A DNA stretch of 64,000 nt from Desulfobacterales bacterium (GCA_026984935.1 JALSRD010000035.1:32000-95999), one strand, 5' to 3'. Shown: positions 1-9,535, numbered from the stretch's first letter. A program made the numbers and translations. Notes: generated from the sequence alone by a model not told the origin.

Positions 1-1
1 C

Positions 2-115
2 GGCATGGTGAGCGCCACCCTTTTGACCCTCGTCGTCGTGCCGGCGCTGTACGGGCTGGTAAAAGGCTGGAAGCTGCCGAAAGAAACCCCGGTGCACTCA
101 AAGGAAAAAGTATAA
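2..115 (+). CDS. C-terminal end of an RND-family (CzcA/CusA/AcrB-like) efflux pump subunit; 5' part lies upstream of the window
   Basis: Frame open from the window edge to TAA 113-115. It translates GMVSATLLTLVVVPALYGLVKGWKLPKETPVHSKEKV. A last hydrophobic helix with VVPALY plus a basic tail is typical of RND pump C-termini. The call rests on only 37 aa. Confidence 0.5.
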   Translation, partial: GMVSATLLTLVVVPALYGLVKGWKLPKETPVHSKEKV

Positions 116-238
116 GCAGCGCTTCATTCAAACAGCTGTACATTCCTTGCCCAGTTTTTTTCCTCGTACCGGCGCGGGCCCCGCCCGGTTGCCAGGCGTG
201 ATGAGCAAAGAAAGCGAAATTGTAAATTTTTGGGTGGA

Positions 239-254
239 TGGCACCATGCTTGCA
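239..254 (+). promoter_or_regulatory. sigma-54 (RpoN) -24/-12 promoter
   Basis: TGGCAC-CATGC-TTGCA is read directly at 239-254. It is an exact match to TGGCAC-N5-TTGCA with correct GG/GC spacing, about 45 nt upstream of ATG 298. Confidence 0.75.
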
Positions 255-297
255 TAACATTTTAGCCAATGGAAAACAAAAGCAAAAGGAGGACGGC

Positions 298-699
298 ATG
301 AAAAAAGTAATTGTAAAAGCACCTGCTTTTATCGCGGTGGTGACGGTTCTACTGGCTTTTAATAGCGCCCCCAAAGCCATAGCTGCCGGAAAGGCTATTA
401 CGCTCGAAGGCACATTCCAGGGGGCCTCCTGTACGCACTATAAGGAAAAGTGCTACGCGGACGACGCGCATGTTGCCCTGGAACACGATTTCGTACTGGT
501 TTTGCCAAACGGTAAACATTACTTCCTGCCGAACCTCAGGCGCGGAATCAAGGCCCGGCACGCCGGCCAGACGGTGCGCGTTCGTGGAGAACTGGATGAC
601 CATGCGATCTGGGTGGAAAAACTGAGCGTTAAAAGGGGCAACACCTACCAGAGTGTCTGGGATTTAAAGGAACAGAAAAAGCTATATGAAATGCGGTAA
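298..699 (+). CDS. small secreted protein of unknown function (133 aa)
   Basis: ATG 298 is preceded by AGGAGG (287-292). The N-terminus MKKVIVKAPAFIAVVTVLLAFNSAPKAIAAG looks like a Sec signal peptide. The mature part has 2 Cys (CTHYKEKC). No family recognised. Confidence 0.7.
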   Translation: MKKVIVKAPAFIAVVTVLLAFNSAPKAIAAGKAITLEGTFQGASCTHYKEKCYADDAHVALEHDFVLVLPNGKHYFLPNLRRGIKARHAGQTVRVRGELDDHAIWVEKLSVKRGNTYQSVWDLKEQKKLYEMR

Positions 700-2029
700 G
701 GCATAACTGATGCCGCAATTTTTCAAGAAGTTGTGATCGAGACGCACCAATATGCATTTCGGCTCCGCTTTTTGAGCCGGGATGCATATTTTGCCCTGTT
801 TGCCCAGATTTATCCGGATTTTTCGAGAAATCACATGATGCCGCCGCTGCCAAAAAGGCACAACAGTATACCATTGACGGCATGTTATAGATGTGACGTG
901 GTACCACCGGTTGCAGCTGGTGTGTGAAAAGAAAATCGACATCTATGACCCACCGGCACCCGACATGGGGGCCTGTTGCCGGATCCATCACCTCACCAGC
1001 CTCTCCTGGAAAACGATAAAAAATGTACTGTGCAACTTGAGCGCAGCCGAAACTCTGTTGTGCAGGGCATCAGCCGCAACACACACTCCATAAAGCCCAA
1101 TGCCGCACCGCGTCGGATCTCCCTAATCGATCATCCGTCCGCTGCAGCGTGCCTTTCCGCCCGTCAATGCTAAAACCCTGCAGGGCCGAACAGGCAACGA
1201 ATTGTGGCTTTTTTACCCAAATCGCGGATTTCTGCCTACCGTGATGCGCGAAAACGACGCGTTCAGCAGCTGAAAAGCGGATTTCACCCTCAGCAAAGAT
1301 CAGGTGGATTCTTCAGAGGGTTTTGCATCGATTTATACAGCCCGAAGCTCGCCGGGCATTTCCCGATGGCCGCATCTGCAAGTCAGGCGCTGGAACTCCG
1401 CATATCGCACACTCGGCTGACCGATACATTCAAACAGCGTCGTGGCGTGTTTTCAATTGACGTTAAGCCTTGACGGATGTACCACTTTTTGGTATTTACT
1501 GCCCGTTTGCAGTTTTTCTGCGCCATTGCCTGTCGGACGAAACCGCATGACATGCTTCACTTGAACTTTTGCGCGGCCCGACTTCAAGAAGTGGCGCCCG
1601 ATCGATATCGGAAAGATGCGGCCGTGGTTCGCAGCGCCTTGCACCTCCGGCGAACCATTTCCACCAGCGGTCACGCGACACCCAAGTACATACCTTCTCC
1701 AGCAAAAGACCTTAAAACACAACTGTTGAACCGTGCCGCCGGACGACGTGCATCCGGTCCAACATGAAAAGAGCCATGCCGCCAGCAGCCAGAGAATAGG
1801 CGCCTTTTCACCCCCTGTGCGCCCATCTTGATTCCTATACGCGGCAGCCCGTGAAACCTACCTGCAGCAGGCTGTGGAAAATCGGCTCGCAAACCGATTC
1901 ACAGGGGCTGCAGCGTTTCATACGTCTTGCAACTTTAAACCGCCTCAAAAAAGAAAGGAGGTGATGGAAGGGGCAGCAAGCTTTCCCGGTCAATCAAGTA
2001 ACAATTTCAACCAACAGGGGGAAAACAAG

Positions 2030-3493
2030 ATGAAAAAGTTATCACTTCTTACAGGTCTTTTGTGGCTGTTCGTCCTTTGCGGCGCTGCTTTCGGTGCGGA
2101 CCTGGCGTTTCACGGAGATCTGAACAACCGCTTTTTGACTTACACCAACCACAACGACTGGCTGAGCCCGGAGTCCAAAGGTGTGCTGCACGACGATACC
2201 GTGCAAGAATCCTACGGCGAGCTGAAATACCGCTTCTGGTTTGAAGCGGGAACCGACGACAATGCCGTCAAGGGGGTCTATGCCATTGAGATCGGCGGCA
2301 TCCGTTTCGGCCGCAACGACAGCTCGGTGGGCAAGGGCCAGGGCGGCAGTTTTTCCGGTGATGCCGTCAACGTCGAAACCCGCTGGGCGTACCTGGACTT
2401 CCAGGTCCCCTTTGTGGAACAAAAGTCCCGCTTCAAGGTCGGCCTGCAGCCGACCAGCGTCAACTCCTTTCTGTGGCAGGAAACCGCCGCCGGCGTGAAA
2501 CTCGATGGTTCGCTCAACGTGCTGGACTATGAGCTGGGATGGATCCGGGCTGTCGACAATCTTGCCAGATCAGAGAACGATGACGACATCAAGGACCAGG
2601 ACTCGTTTATCGGACGTCTGAATTACAAAGCGTCCAACCATTTTAAGATCGGCCTGTTCGGACTGTTCATGAACGGCGACGCCGGCCAGCGGCCGGACTT
2701 CAGCACCGACGCTGCAGGCAACCCGACGGGCATTGCACCCGGTCTTGGGCTGGTAACACCGCGTAAATACGAAATCAAATCCTTTGCCGACATCGCCGGC
2801 CTGAGTTTCTATACGGTAGGTGTAGACGGATCTTATACTGCCGGTAGGTTTTTTGTGGACTGGGACCTGATGTACGAAGGGGGCACAGTCAATGATATTT
2901 TTTTCGATGATTCAGAATTTTCCGGCAAATCGGCCTCCGGCGATTTCGACGTCAGCGCCTATCTGGCCCACGTAGACCTGGGGTACAAGATGGGAAAGAC
3001 CAAGTTCACCTACACCTTCTGGTACGCCTCAGGCGATGACAACGCCGCCGACAACGATTTCGACGGCTTCCTCTCCGTGGATGTCGACCGCTTCGACAGC
3101 CAGACGATGTTCGAAGGCAACTACACCGACGATGTCACTTACTTCACAGAAAGGCCCTACATGCTCGACAAGGGCTTTATCATGAACAAATTGGCCGTGG
3201 ATTACCAGGCAACCGCCAAGCTGAAAGTCGGCAGTGCGCTGATGTATATGGCCACGGCAGAGGACATCGACTACTTCGACAGCAGCAACATTGCGCGCAG
3301 CAACAGCGATATCGGGCTTGAAATCAACGGATACCTCAAGTATATGCTGTACAAAAGGCTTGAATTTGCCATCAATGCCGGCTATCTTTTCTCCGGCGAT
3401 GCCATGGACGCCTTCGAGCAGGGGGCCATCAAGAACGGAAGCGCCGACGAAGATATTTTTGTCAGCAGCGCCAGGCTCCGATATAAATTCTAA
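2030..3493 (+). CDS. outer-membrane beta-barrel protein (porin-like), family not recognised
   Basis: Internal ATG 2030 sits after a GGGGGA RBS. Signal peptide MKKLSLLTGLLWLFVLCGAAFGA. The sequence has an alternating aromatic/Gly/Asp-rich composition and a C-terminal ...ARLRYKF ending in Phe, the typical OMP beta-signal. Confidence 0.75.
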   Translation: MKKLSLLTGLLWLFVLCGAAFGADLAFHGDLNNRFLTYTNHNDWLSPESKGVLHDDTVQESYGELKYRFWFEAGTDDNAVKGVYAIEIGGIRFGRNDSSVGKGQGGSFSGDAVNVETRWAYLDFQVPFVEQKSRFKVGLQPTSVNSFLWQETAAGVKLDGSLNVLDYELGWIRAVDNLARSENDDDIKDQDSFIGRLNYKASNHFKIGLFGLFMNGDAGQRPDFSTDAAGNPTGIAPGLGLVTPRKYEIKSFADIAGLSFYTVGVDGSYTAGRFFVDWDLMYEGGTVNDIFFDDSEFSGKSASGDFDVSAYLAHVDLGYKMGKTKFTYTFWYASGDDNAADNDFDGFLSVDVDRFDSQTMFEGNYTDDVTYFTERPYMLDKGFIMNKLAVDYQATAKLKVGSALMYMATAEDIDYFDSSNIARSNSDIGLEINGYLKYMLYKRLEFAINAGYLFSGDAMDAFEQGAIKNGSADEDIFVSSARLRYKF

Positions 3494-3516
3494 AGGCGGT
3501 CACCTCATCTGATACC

Positions 3517-3541
3517 AGAGGCCGGGGGCTTCCCGGCCTCT
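3517..3541 (+). other. GC-rich intercistronic hairpin (possible attenuator or mRNA stabiliser; no U-tract)
   Basis: agaggccggg (3517-3526) is a perfect complement of cccggcctct (3532-3541), with a 5-nt loop. It lies between the OMP gene stop and the lipoprotein gene start. Confidence 0.35.
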
Positions 3542-3565
3542 TGCACCCACGACGGAGTCAAGTCT

Positions 3566-5305
3566 ATGAGAAGCACGACGAAATACATGCTGGTCGGCAT
3601 TTTAGCGCTTTTGGCATGCCTGTCGGGCCCGTTGCCCTCACAGGCCGGCGTTGTGGAAAAAATCGCCAACGATTTTCAGCCGGTTTCCGGTTACGTGGTA
3701 ATGGCTGAGGGCCGGGAATACATCATCGACCTGGGCAAAAGCGCCGGCATCGTGCTGGGGGATCTTTTTAGCGTGGTGGCCCCCGGCAAAGAGATTGTCG
3801 ATCCGGCCACAAAAAAAGTCCTGGGGCGCCTGGAACAAACCAAAGCTATCTTGAAAGTGGTGCGCCTCAAGGCCAGCTATTGCTTTGTCCGTTCTTTAAG
3901 TGGGCACAACGGTATCAAACGCGGAGACCGCGTGCGGCGTTTTGAAAATCTGACAGCCTCTTTTTGGGATTACACCGGCCACGGAAAGCCTGTTTTCCAT
4001 CGTCTGCAGCACATGCTGCCCGGCTTAAAGTGGGAAGGCTATGATGAGTCCCAGCGCAACAAACCATCCACGGTCCAGCCGCCATCCAGCGCTGCATCAT
4101 CGTTGCTTTTTATCCTTACGGCCGGCGGCATCGAAGTGCGCGACCCTGAATTTGCCGTTATTCACCGCTACAAGCCGCCCCGGCTCCCGTCCAGCGCAGG
4201 CAGGCCCGTTACCCGGGAAAACGCTTCCAAAGCTGCAGTTATGGAGCAGGGCCCCGTACCTGAGAAAGCCCCGTCGGCGTCGGGCCGCAAACCAGCGCCG
4301 GCGACGGTCGCTTATGCAGCGAAGTTTCATAACCTGGCGGCGCGCGGCAATCTTCCGGGCTTGACCGTGATGGCCGATTTCATCACCGGGAAACAACGCG
4401 TGCTGATGGCATCCACTGATGGATCGGTCATCCACATCTTTGAAGTCAGCGCCAAACTAAAACCTGTCGCCGAAACCACCCTGCCTTATCCAGGCCAGAT
4501 CCTGGCCGTCAAGTGGTGGCAGCCGGACGCTCAAGCACCGCCCTACCTGGTTAGCACTAGTTGGTATGACAATGAAATTACGGGAACCATTTTTTCTTTG
4601 CAGCCAAGCGGCCTTACACCGGTTCAAGAGAGAGTCCCTGGAATATTCGGATCGTTTGATATGGACGGGGATCGGAGACCAGAGACTCTTTTTAGCCAGG
4701 AATTCGACCCGGAAACGTTCTTTGGTCAGCGTGTCCGACGGGTAGGCCTGAACAGCGGGCAGCTGTCCTATTCCCGCCCAAAGCTGATGCTGCCGCGGCG
4801 TTTTCCGGTGCTGGGCAGCCTGTTTGCCGACCTGACCGGTGATGGTCGCCTGGAAACGGCTTTCATCCGGAACAGAATCCTATATATTTACCAGGAGCAG
4901 AAACTGCTGTATGCGTCTTCCAAACAAATGGGCGGCAGCCTCTCCTTTTTAACCTATGATATTGATCCGCTGGCAAAAAGTGTCATGACAACATCGGTCA
5001 CCATCGAGATCTCTCCCGTTGCCGCAGACATCGATGGCGATGGCAAGCTGGAAATTCTGGCAAGTGCTTCAGACAAAACTTTTTTAGGTGCCGCCAGCGT
5101 CACCACGGGGATCAAAAACAGCTGGCTGGCAGTCATCAAGTTCCGCAACGGGACTTTCGAGACCGGCACCCTGGGGGACAAACTGGACAAAGCGATAGAG
5201 GGCATCACCTTTGCCGACGGACAGGTGTTGGTGGTCCTTTCCCAACCGGGAACTATCCTGGGCAAAGAGGGAAGCAGCCGTTTGCTGGCCTACCAGCTGA
5301 AATAA
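3566..5305 (+). CDS. FG-GAP/VCBS-repeat lipoprotein
   Basis: Signal peptide with lipobox (MRSTTKYMLVGILALLAC). Repeated Ca-binding-like DxDGDG motifs are present: FDMDGDRRPETLF, DLTGDGRLETAF, ADIDGDGKLEILAS. These are typical of FG-GAP beta-propeller repeats. Confidence 0.75.
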   Translation: MRSTTKYMLVGILALLACLSGPLPSQAGVVEKIANDFQPVSGYVVMAEGREYIIDLGKSAGIVLGDLFSVVAPGKEIVDPATKKVLGRLEQTKAILKVVRLKASYCFVRSLSGHNGIKRGDRVRRFENLTASFWDYTGHGKPVFHRLQHMLPGLKWEGYDESQRNKPSTVQPPSSAASSLLFILTAGGIEVRDPEFAVIHRYKPPRLPSSAGRPVTRENASKAAVMEQGPVPEKAPSASGRKPAPATVAYAAKFHNLAARGNLPGLTVMADFITGKQRVLMASTDGSVIHIFEVSAKLKPVAETTLPYPGQILAVKWWQPDAQAPPYLVSTSWYDNEITGTIFSLQPSGLTPVQERVPGIFGSFDMDGDRRPETLFSQEFDPETFFGQRVRRVGLNSGQLSYSRPKLMLPRRFPVLGSLFADLTGDGRLETAFIRNRILYIYQEQKLLYASSKQMGGSLSFLTYDIDPLAKSVMTTSVTIEISPVAADIDGDGKLEILASASDKTFLGAASVTTGIKNSWLAVIKFRNGTFETGTLGDKLDKAIEGITFADGQVLVVLSQPGTILGKEGSSRLLAYQLK

Positions 5306-5364
5306 CGGCGGTGGCAAAACATCAACGCCCATGGCAGCATGGCTATCAAAACAGCATTTGAATT

Positions 5365-7254
5365 TTAATCTTTCTGTTTTATCACCACCAGGGTAAGGTC
5401 ATCTTCCAGGGTGGCGTTTCCCCGGAAGCGGTCTGCGGCAGCGGTCACGGCGGAGATGATTTCACCGGCAGCAGCACCGTGGCTGGTCTGCAGCACCCGG
5501 CGCAAACGCTCCTTGCCAAACCGTTCCCCATGCTGGTTTTGTGTTTCCCACAGCCCATCGGTGCTGATCAACAGAATGTCTCCCGCCTCCCACCCACTGT
5601 ACCGGTTTTCGACAAAACAATGACTCTCATCGACGCCCAAGGCAATGCCCTTGCCGTCCAGCACGACAAAGTCATCCACTGACGGACGGTACACGATGGC
5701 CGGGTCGTGGCCGGCCCTGACCCAGTGGATTTCGCCCTTTTGAATGTCGATGGTCATCAGGAAAAGCGTCATAAAATCCCCCTGGTATCCGGTATCCAGG
5801 CACAGGAGCCGGTTGGCGGCGGAAACTGCCTGCGACAGATCATCCGTTTGGATGATGCTGCTGCGAATCAGCGCCCGGGCGGTGGTCATCAACAGGGCGG
5901 CAGCCACACCGTGGCCCGACACGTCGCCCACGGCCACGCCGATCTTATGCGGCCCCAACTCCGGAAACTGGAAAAAATCGTAGTAATCGCCGCCGGTTTC
6001 ATCGCAGTAAAGACATTTGCCGGCAATGTCCAGAGCGGCAACGTGCAATTCATCGCGGGGTAACAGGCTGCGCTGCAGGTCTTTGGCCAGATCGAGCGCC
6101 ATCTTCATACGCACGCGCTCTTCCAGCTGCACCACCATGCGGTTGAAACTGCGAATCAGTTCACCGACCTCATCATTGGATTTCACCGGCAGGGAGATGC
6201 CGTAATGTCCGGCGGCCACCTTCTCGGCGGCCTGCGAGACTTCCCTGATGGAGCGTACCGTGCCACGGGTGGCCAGCCGGATGAGAAGCAGGATCACGAC
6301 AACAAATGCGGCTCCGGTCGCATAGTAATGCAGACGAAAATGCAGGATGGGCGCCAGCACCTCACGGCCGGGAGCGATGATCACGAGGGTCCAGGGCGCC
6401 TCCTGCAGCTTGTAGAAACTGCTGATCCTGGGGGGCGGAAACCCGCGCCCGAAAATCGTGCCGTAAGGCATGGCCATGATGCCGTACATCGTGCGCTGCT
6501 CCAGGGGGTCGCCGCCTTCGGCCAACCGGCCACGTTTCGCCGGCAAATTGCCCGCCAGCACACGTCCGATGTTATCCACCAGCAGCGCCTTGTGGTGACG
6601 CCACCAACCGGTGGATTCAACGGCCTTCACCAGATAGTCGAAACGCAGAGCGATTTCCAGGCGGCCGATGATTTTGCCGGAAGCGTTCTTGATATTCGAC
6701 AGCAATGACAACATTTCACCTTTCTGGGCGGCATCGTAATGCGGCAGAGAAAATTCGACGATATCGGCCATGCGGTAGGGCATGATGTCCATTTCCATCA
6801 TGTGTCCCATATTCCCCATATTCTCCCTCATCTTTTTTCGCACCTGGGGGGAACTACCCATCATCGCACCCATCCCTCCTCGCATCATCTGCTGCATGTC
6901 CATAGGCGCCTTTTGCGCACTCGCCTTCGGAGGAGGAGTCTTCCAAGTCAAGCCAACACGTGTAACGCCAGGCATGCGTCGGAGCTGCCTGAGCACGACG
7001 CCCCTGACCTGGTCGGCGTAAAGGGTGTTGCCGATACGGTGAAACATTTTGAGCAGTTCCTTGGGGCGGCTCAATCGCATGTCCACCAAATGGGCGGCAC
7101 GCTGCAGTTTCAGGGTGGTTGCCTCGCGCCACTGATTGAGGAGGCTGTCACGGGCATAGATAAATCCGGCGACTCCCATCCCCACCAGCAGGAACGCCAC
7201 CGGGAGAAGTACAAAAAGCGCCAGCCGATGTTGGATGGATTTTATTCTGATCAT
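5365..7254 (-). CDS. membrane-bound HAMP domain / PP2C (SpoIIE/RsbU-type) protein phosphatase
   Basis: Start ATG 7254 has an AAGAGG RBS. N-terminal TM (LALFVLLPVAFLLVGMGVAGFIY), a large extracytoplasmic region, and a second TM. HAMP (…AAEKVAAGHYGISLPVKSNDEVGELIRSFNRMVVQLEE). SpoIIE/PP2C core (GGDYYDFF…GVAVGDVSGHGVAAALLM…STDGLWE…LEDDLTLVVIK). Confidence 0.9.
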   Translation of the reverse strand: MIRIKSIQHRLALFVLLPVAFLLVGMGVAGFIYARDSLLNQWREATTLKLQRAAHLVDMRLSRPKELLKMFHRIGNTLYADQVRGVVLRQLRRMPGVTRVGLTWKTPPPKASAQKAPMDMQQMMRGGMGAMMGSSPQVRKKMRENMGNMGHMMEMDIMPYRMADIVEFSLPHYDAAQKGEMLSLLSNIKNASGKIIGRLEIALRFDYLVKAVESTGWWRHHKALLVDNIGRVLAGNLPAKRGRLAEGGDPLEQRTMYGIMAMPYGTIFGRGFPPPRISSFYKLQEAPWTLVIIAPGREVLAPILHFRLHYYATGAAFVVVILLLIRLATRGTVRSIREVSQAAEKVAAGHYGISLPVKSNDEVGELIRSFNRMVVQLEERVRMKMALDLAKDLQRSLLPRDELHVAALDIAGKCLYCDETGGDYYDFFQFPELGPHKIGVAVGDVSGHGVAAALLMTTARALIRSSIIQTDDLSQAVSAANRLLCLDTGYQGDFMTLFLMTIDIQKGEIHWVRAGHDPAIVYRPSVDDFVVLDGKGIALGVDESHCFVENRYSGWEAGDILLISTDGLWETQNQHGERFGKERLRRVLQTSHGAAAGEIISAVTAAADRFRGNATLEDDLTLVVIKQKD

Positions 7255-7501
7255 GGGATTGCCTCTTTTGTGATCAGGCCGAACTTTCCACCTGCATTCC
7301 GGCCCCAAACCTGCTTAATTTTTACACGACTGCTCCAGATCCGCAATCTTCGTGCTAAAATATTTCGCACATGCCGCTGCCGGGAATCTGTCCAGATACT
7401 AAATCCAGGGCGGACATATTCCCCCTATCATACCGAGATCGTATAGACAATTTGGATTTCCGGCTTTTGGGAAGCCCCGGATCCGGGTCCAGTCTCGGCA
7501 A

Positions 7502-7517
7502 TGGCATGTAAATTGCT
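7502..7517 (+). promoter_or_regulatory. sigma-54 (RpoN) -24/-12 promoter
   Basis: TGGCAT-GTAAA-TTGCT at 7502-7517 has correct GG-N10-GC spacing. It lies 96 nt upstream of ATG 7613, in an AT-rich intergenic region. Confidence 0.7.
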
Positions 7518-7612
7518 AAAAATATGGAAAAAGATAAATTTTGCATCATCGGGCATTCAATCCGGACGCAACGTCCCGTGACAAAAGGCGCAACTTGCTG
7601 GAGAATATGTAA

Positions 7613-7885
7613 ATGGACTTTCAACAATACTACCTCGACCTGTTCGAAATGCTGAATTCTACCTGCAAAAAGATAGCCTCCGGCAATTATGCTGAAGTCG
7701 ACGCTGACAAATTGTTTGAACTGGCCAAGAAAAACCGCTACCCCTCATTTCTTTCGGATCTGGCTGAATCCTTTGGCATGATGTTGGTCAAAGTGGAAGC
7801 CAGGGAATTTCGCATGCAGCAACTGATTGAAAACCTGGAAAAGGCGAAAAAGGAACTCGAAAAGTGCCTGACAGACCCCAGCTGA
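7613..7885 (+). CDS. small coiled-coil protein of unknown function (90 aa)
   Basis: It is the first ORF after the sigma-54 promoter. The C-terminal half is a heptad-like helix (EAREFRMQQLIENLEKAKKELEKCL). No family recognised. Coding status is supported by its position and by overlap-coupling to the next gene. Confidence 0.55.
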   Translation: MDFQQYYLDLFEMLNSTCKKIASGNYAEVDADKLFELAKKNRYPSFLSDLAESFGMMLVKVEAREFRMQQLIENLEKAKKELEKCLTDPS

Positions 7886-8739
7886 AAAACCGATCGGGAA
7901 CCGGCTATACCCGAAAACCGAGGAAGAGTAGGGTTTTAAAGGCAGCATCGTGGCTCGCTGTCATCATCGTAATGTCGATAGCTTCGGTTGCTTTACAGGC
8001 CCTGGCCGCGGAAGTCTGCCGGGACGGCTTCCGTCAGGACCTGGAATTCTGGGAAGAAGTCATCCGCCTGGACCCGGAAGACGACCGCGCCTACCGCCGG
8101 CGGGGAACGTCCCATCGCAGGATGGGGCACTATGAACGTGCCCTGAAAGATTACACACGCGCCATCGAGCGCAATCCCCGCTCCGCGGAAAGCTACTTCG
8201 TACGCGGCATGACCTACAAGCTTCTGGGCCGCTACCGGAAGGCCCTTGCCGAGTACAACCGGGCCATCCGCCTCAACCCCGAGGACGCCCGGTTTTACCG
8301 CCAGCGCGGTGTGGTCTACAAGAACATGGGCAAATACCGCTTGGCGATCAAAGACTACAACCGGGCCATCGAACTCAATCCCTACTATGCGCGGGCGTAT
8401 GACAACCGCGGCGCCGCCCGAAAAAAACTCAAGGCCTACACCCAGGCCATCGAGGATTACGATCGGGCCATCCGCCTCAACCCCGAAGTCGCCAGGTTTT
8501 ACGTGCACCGCGGCGTGGCATTCAAAAATCTGGGGAAATATCCGCAGGCCATTTCCGAGTTCAACCGGGCCCTGGAACTCAAGCCGGACCTGGCATCGGC
8601 CTACGGCCATCGGGGGAGGGTTTATATTCAACTCGGCCATTCCGATGCGGCCTGCCGGGATTTCTTAAAAGCACGCCAATTGGGCGATGACAGCTTCTGG
8701 CAGTGGGCGCTGCAGAAAAAGCGCTGCGCCGCTCCATGA
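7864..8739 (+). CDS. TPR-repeat protein with N-terminal signal/anchor
   Basis: Seven consecutive 34-aa TPR units (e.g. AYRRRGTSHRRMGHYERALKDYTRAIERNPRSAE; ARFYRQRGVVYKNMGKYRLAIKDYNRAIELNPYYA). There is a hydrophobic N-terminal stretch WLAVIIVMSIASVALQALAAE. The start is uncertain: GTG 7864 or ATG 7972. Confidence 0.85.
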   Translation: MPDRPQLKNRSGTGYTRKPRKSRVLKAASWLAVIIVMSIASVALQALAAEVCRDGFRQDLEFWEEVIRLDPEDDRAYRRRGTSHRRMGHYERALKDYTRAIERNPRSAESYFVRGMTYKLLGRYRKALAEYNRAIRLNPEDARFYRQRGVVYKNMGKYRLAIKDYNRAIELNPYYARAYDNRGAARKKLKAYTQAIEDYDRAIRLNPEVARFYVHRGVAFKNLGKYPQAISEFNRALELKPDLASAYGHRGRVYIQLGHSDAACRDFLKARQLGDDSFWQWALQKKRCAAP

Positions 8740-8758
8740 CTCCGGAAAGGGAAAACGC

Positions 8759-9535
8759 ATGCAGCCAGGATACACGTTACAGGTCTGCGCTCAAACAGAC
8801 ATCGGTTTGAAGCGCACGTGCAATGAGGACAGCTATTTTATTTCCGATCGCAATTTAGCACAAATCGGCATCGACAATAAGCATGCCGTATTCGCCGTGG
8901 CCGACGGCATGGGCGGCCACGCCGGCGGTGATGTCGCCAGTCAGATGGCGGTGCGCGAACTTGCCGGCTGCCATAAAAACGGAAACGGGCCCTCTGAAAG
9001 CGAGGAGGCGGCCTACCTGAAATACATGGAAAAAGTCATCTTCTCCATTCACCGCCGCATCGCGGACTACGGGCAGACCCATCCGGATGTGGAGGGCCTG
9101 GGAACGACACTTTCGGTTCTGGTGCTCACCGGCCGCAAGGCGCTGATGGCCCATGTGGGTGACAGCCGCATTTACCGGCTGCGGGAAGGGCGGTTGGAGC
9201 AGATGACCCGTGACCATACCCTGGTGGGGCAGTTTGTTGAGGCCGGTGTGATGACCGTCGAGGAGGCCGGTGCACACCCGTTGCGCCACGTCATGATGCA
9301 AGCCGTAGGGCACGGCATCGAGCATGTGTTCACGCGCATGGAGGACCTGCACGCCCAGGACCTGTTCCTGCTGTGCAGCGATGGATTGCACGAGGCCGTG
9401 CCGCAAAGTGAAATTATGGAAACCATGCTTGCCGGGGCCGGGCACGGCCATATCTGCCGCGATCTGGTCGCAAAAGCGCTGCAGCACGGTGGCCCTGACA
9501 ATATCACCGTTGTAGCCGTCCGGGCAGCGTGCTGA
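8759..9535 (+). CDS. PP2C-family Ser/Thr protein phosphatase (Stp-like)
   Basis: MQPGYTLQVCAQTDIGLKRTCNEDSY…FAVADGMGGHAGGDVAS…LMAHVGDSRIYR…LLCSDGL…GGPDNITVVAV: these are the canonical PPM motifs. Confidence 0.93.
   Translation: MQPGYTLQVCAQTDIGLKRTCNEDSYFISDRNLAQIGIDNKHAVFAVADGMGGHAGGDVASQMAVRELAGCHKNGNGPSESEEAAYLKYMEKVIFSIHRRIADYGQTHPDVEGLGTTLSVLVLTGRKALMAHVGDSRIYRLREGRLEQMTRDHTLVGQFVEAGVMTVEEAGAHPLRHVMMQAVGHGIEHVFTRMEDLHAQDLFLLCSDGLHEAVPQSEIMETMLAGAGHGHICRDLVAKALQHGGPDNITVVAVRAAC

Noticed and set aside
1872-1888. Sigma-54-like string TGGAAAATCGGCTCGCA upstream of the OMP gene
   Set aside because: The GG-to-GC spacing is one nucleotide too long and the -12 region lacks TTGC. It is not comparable to the two clean RpoN promoters at 239 and 7502.
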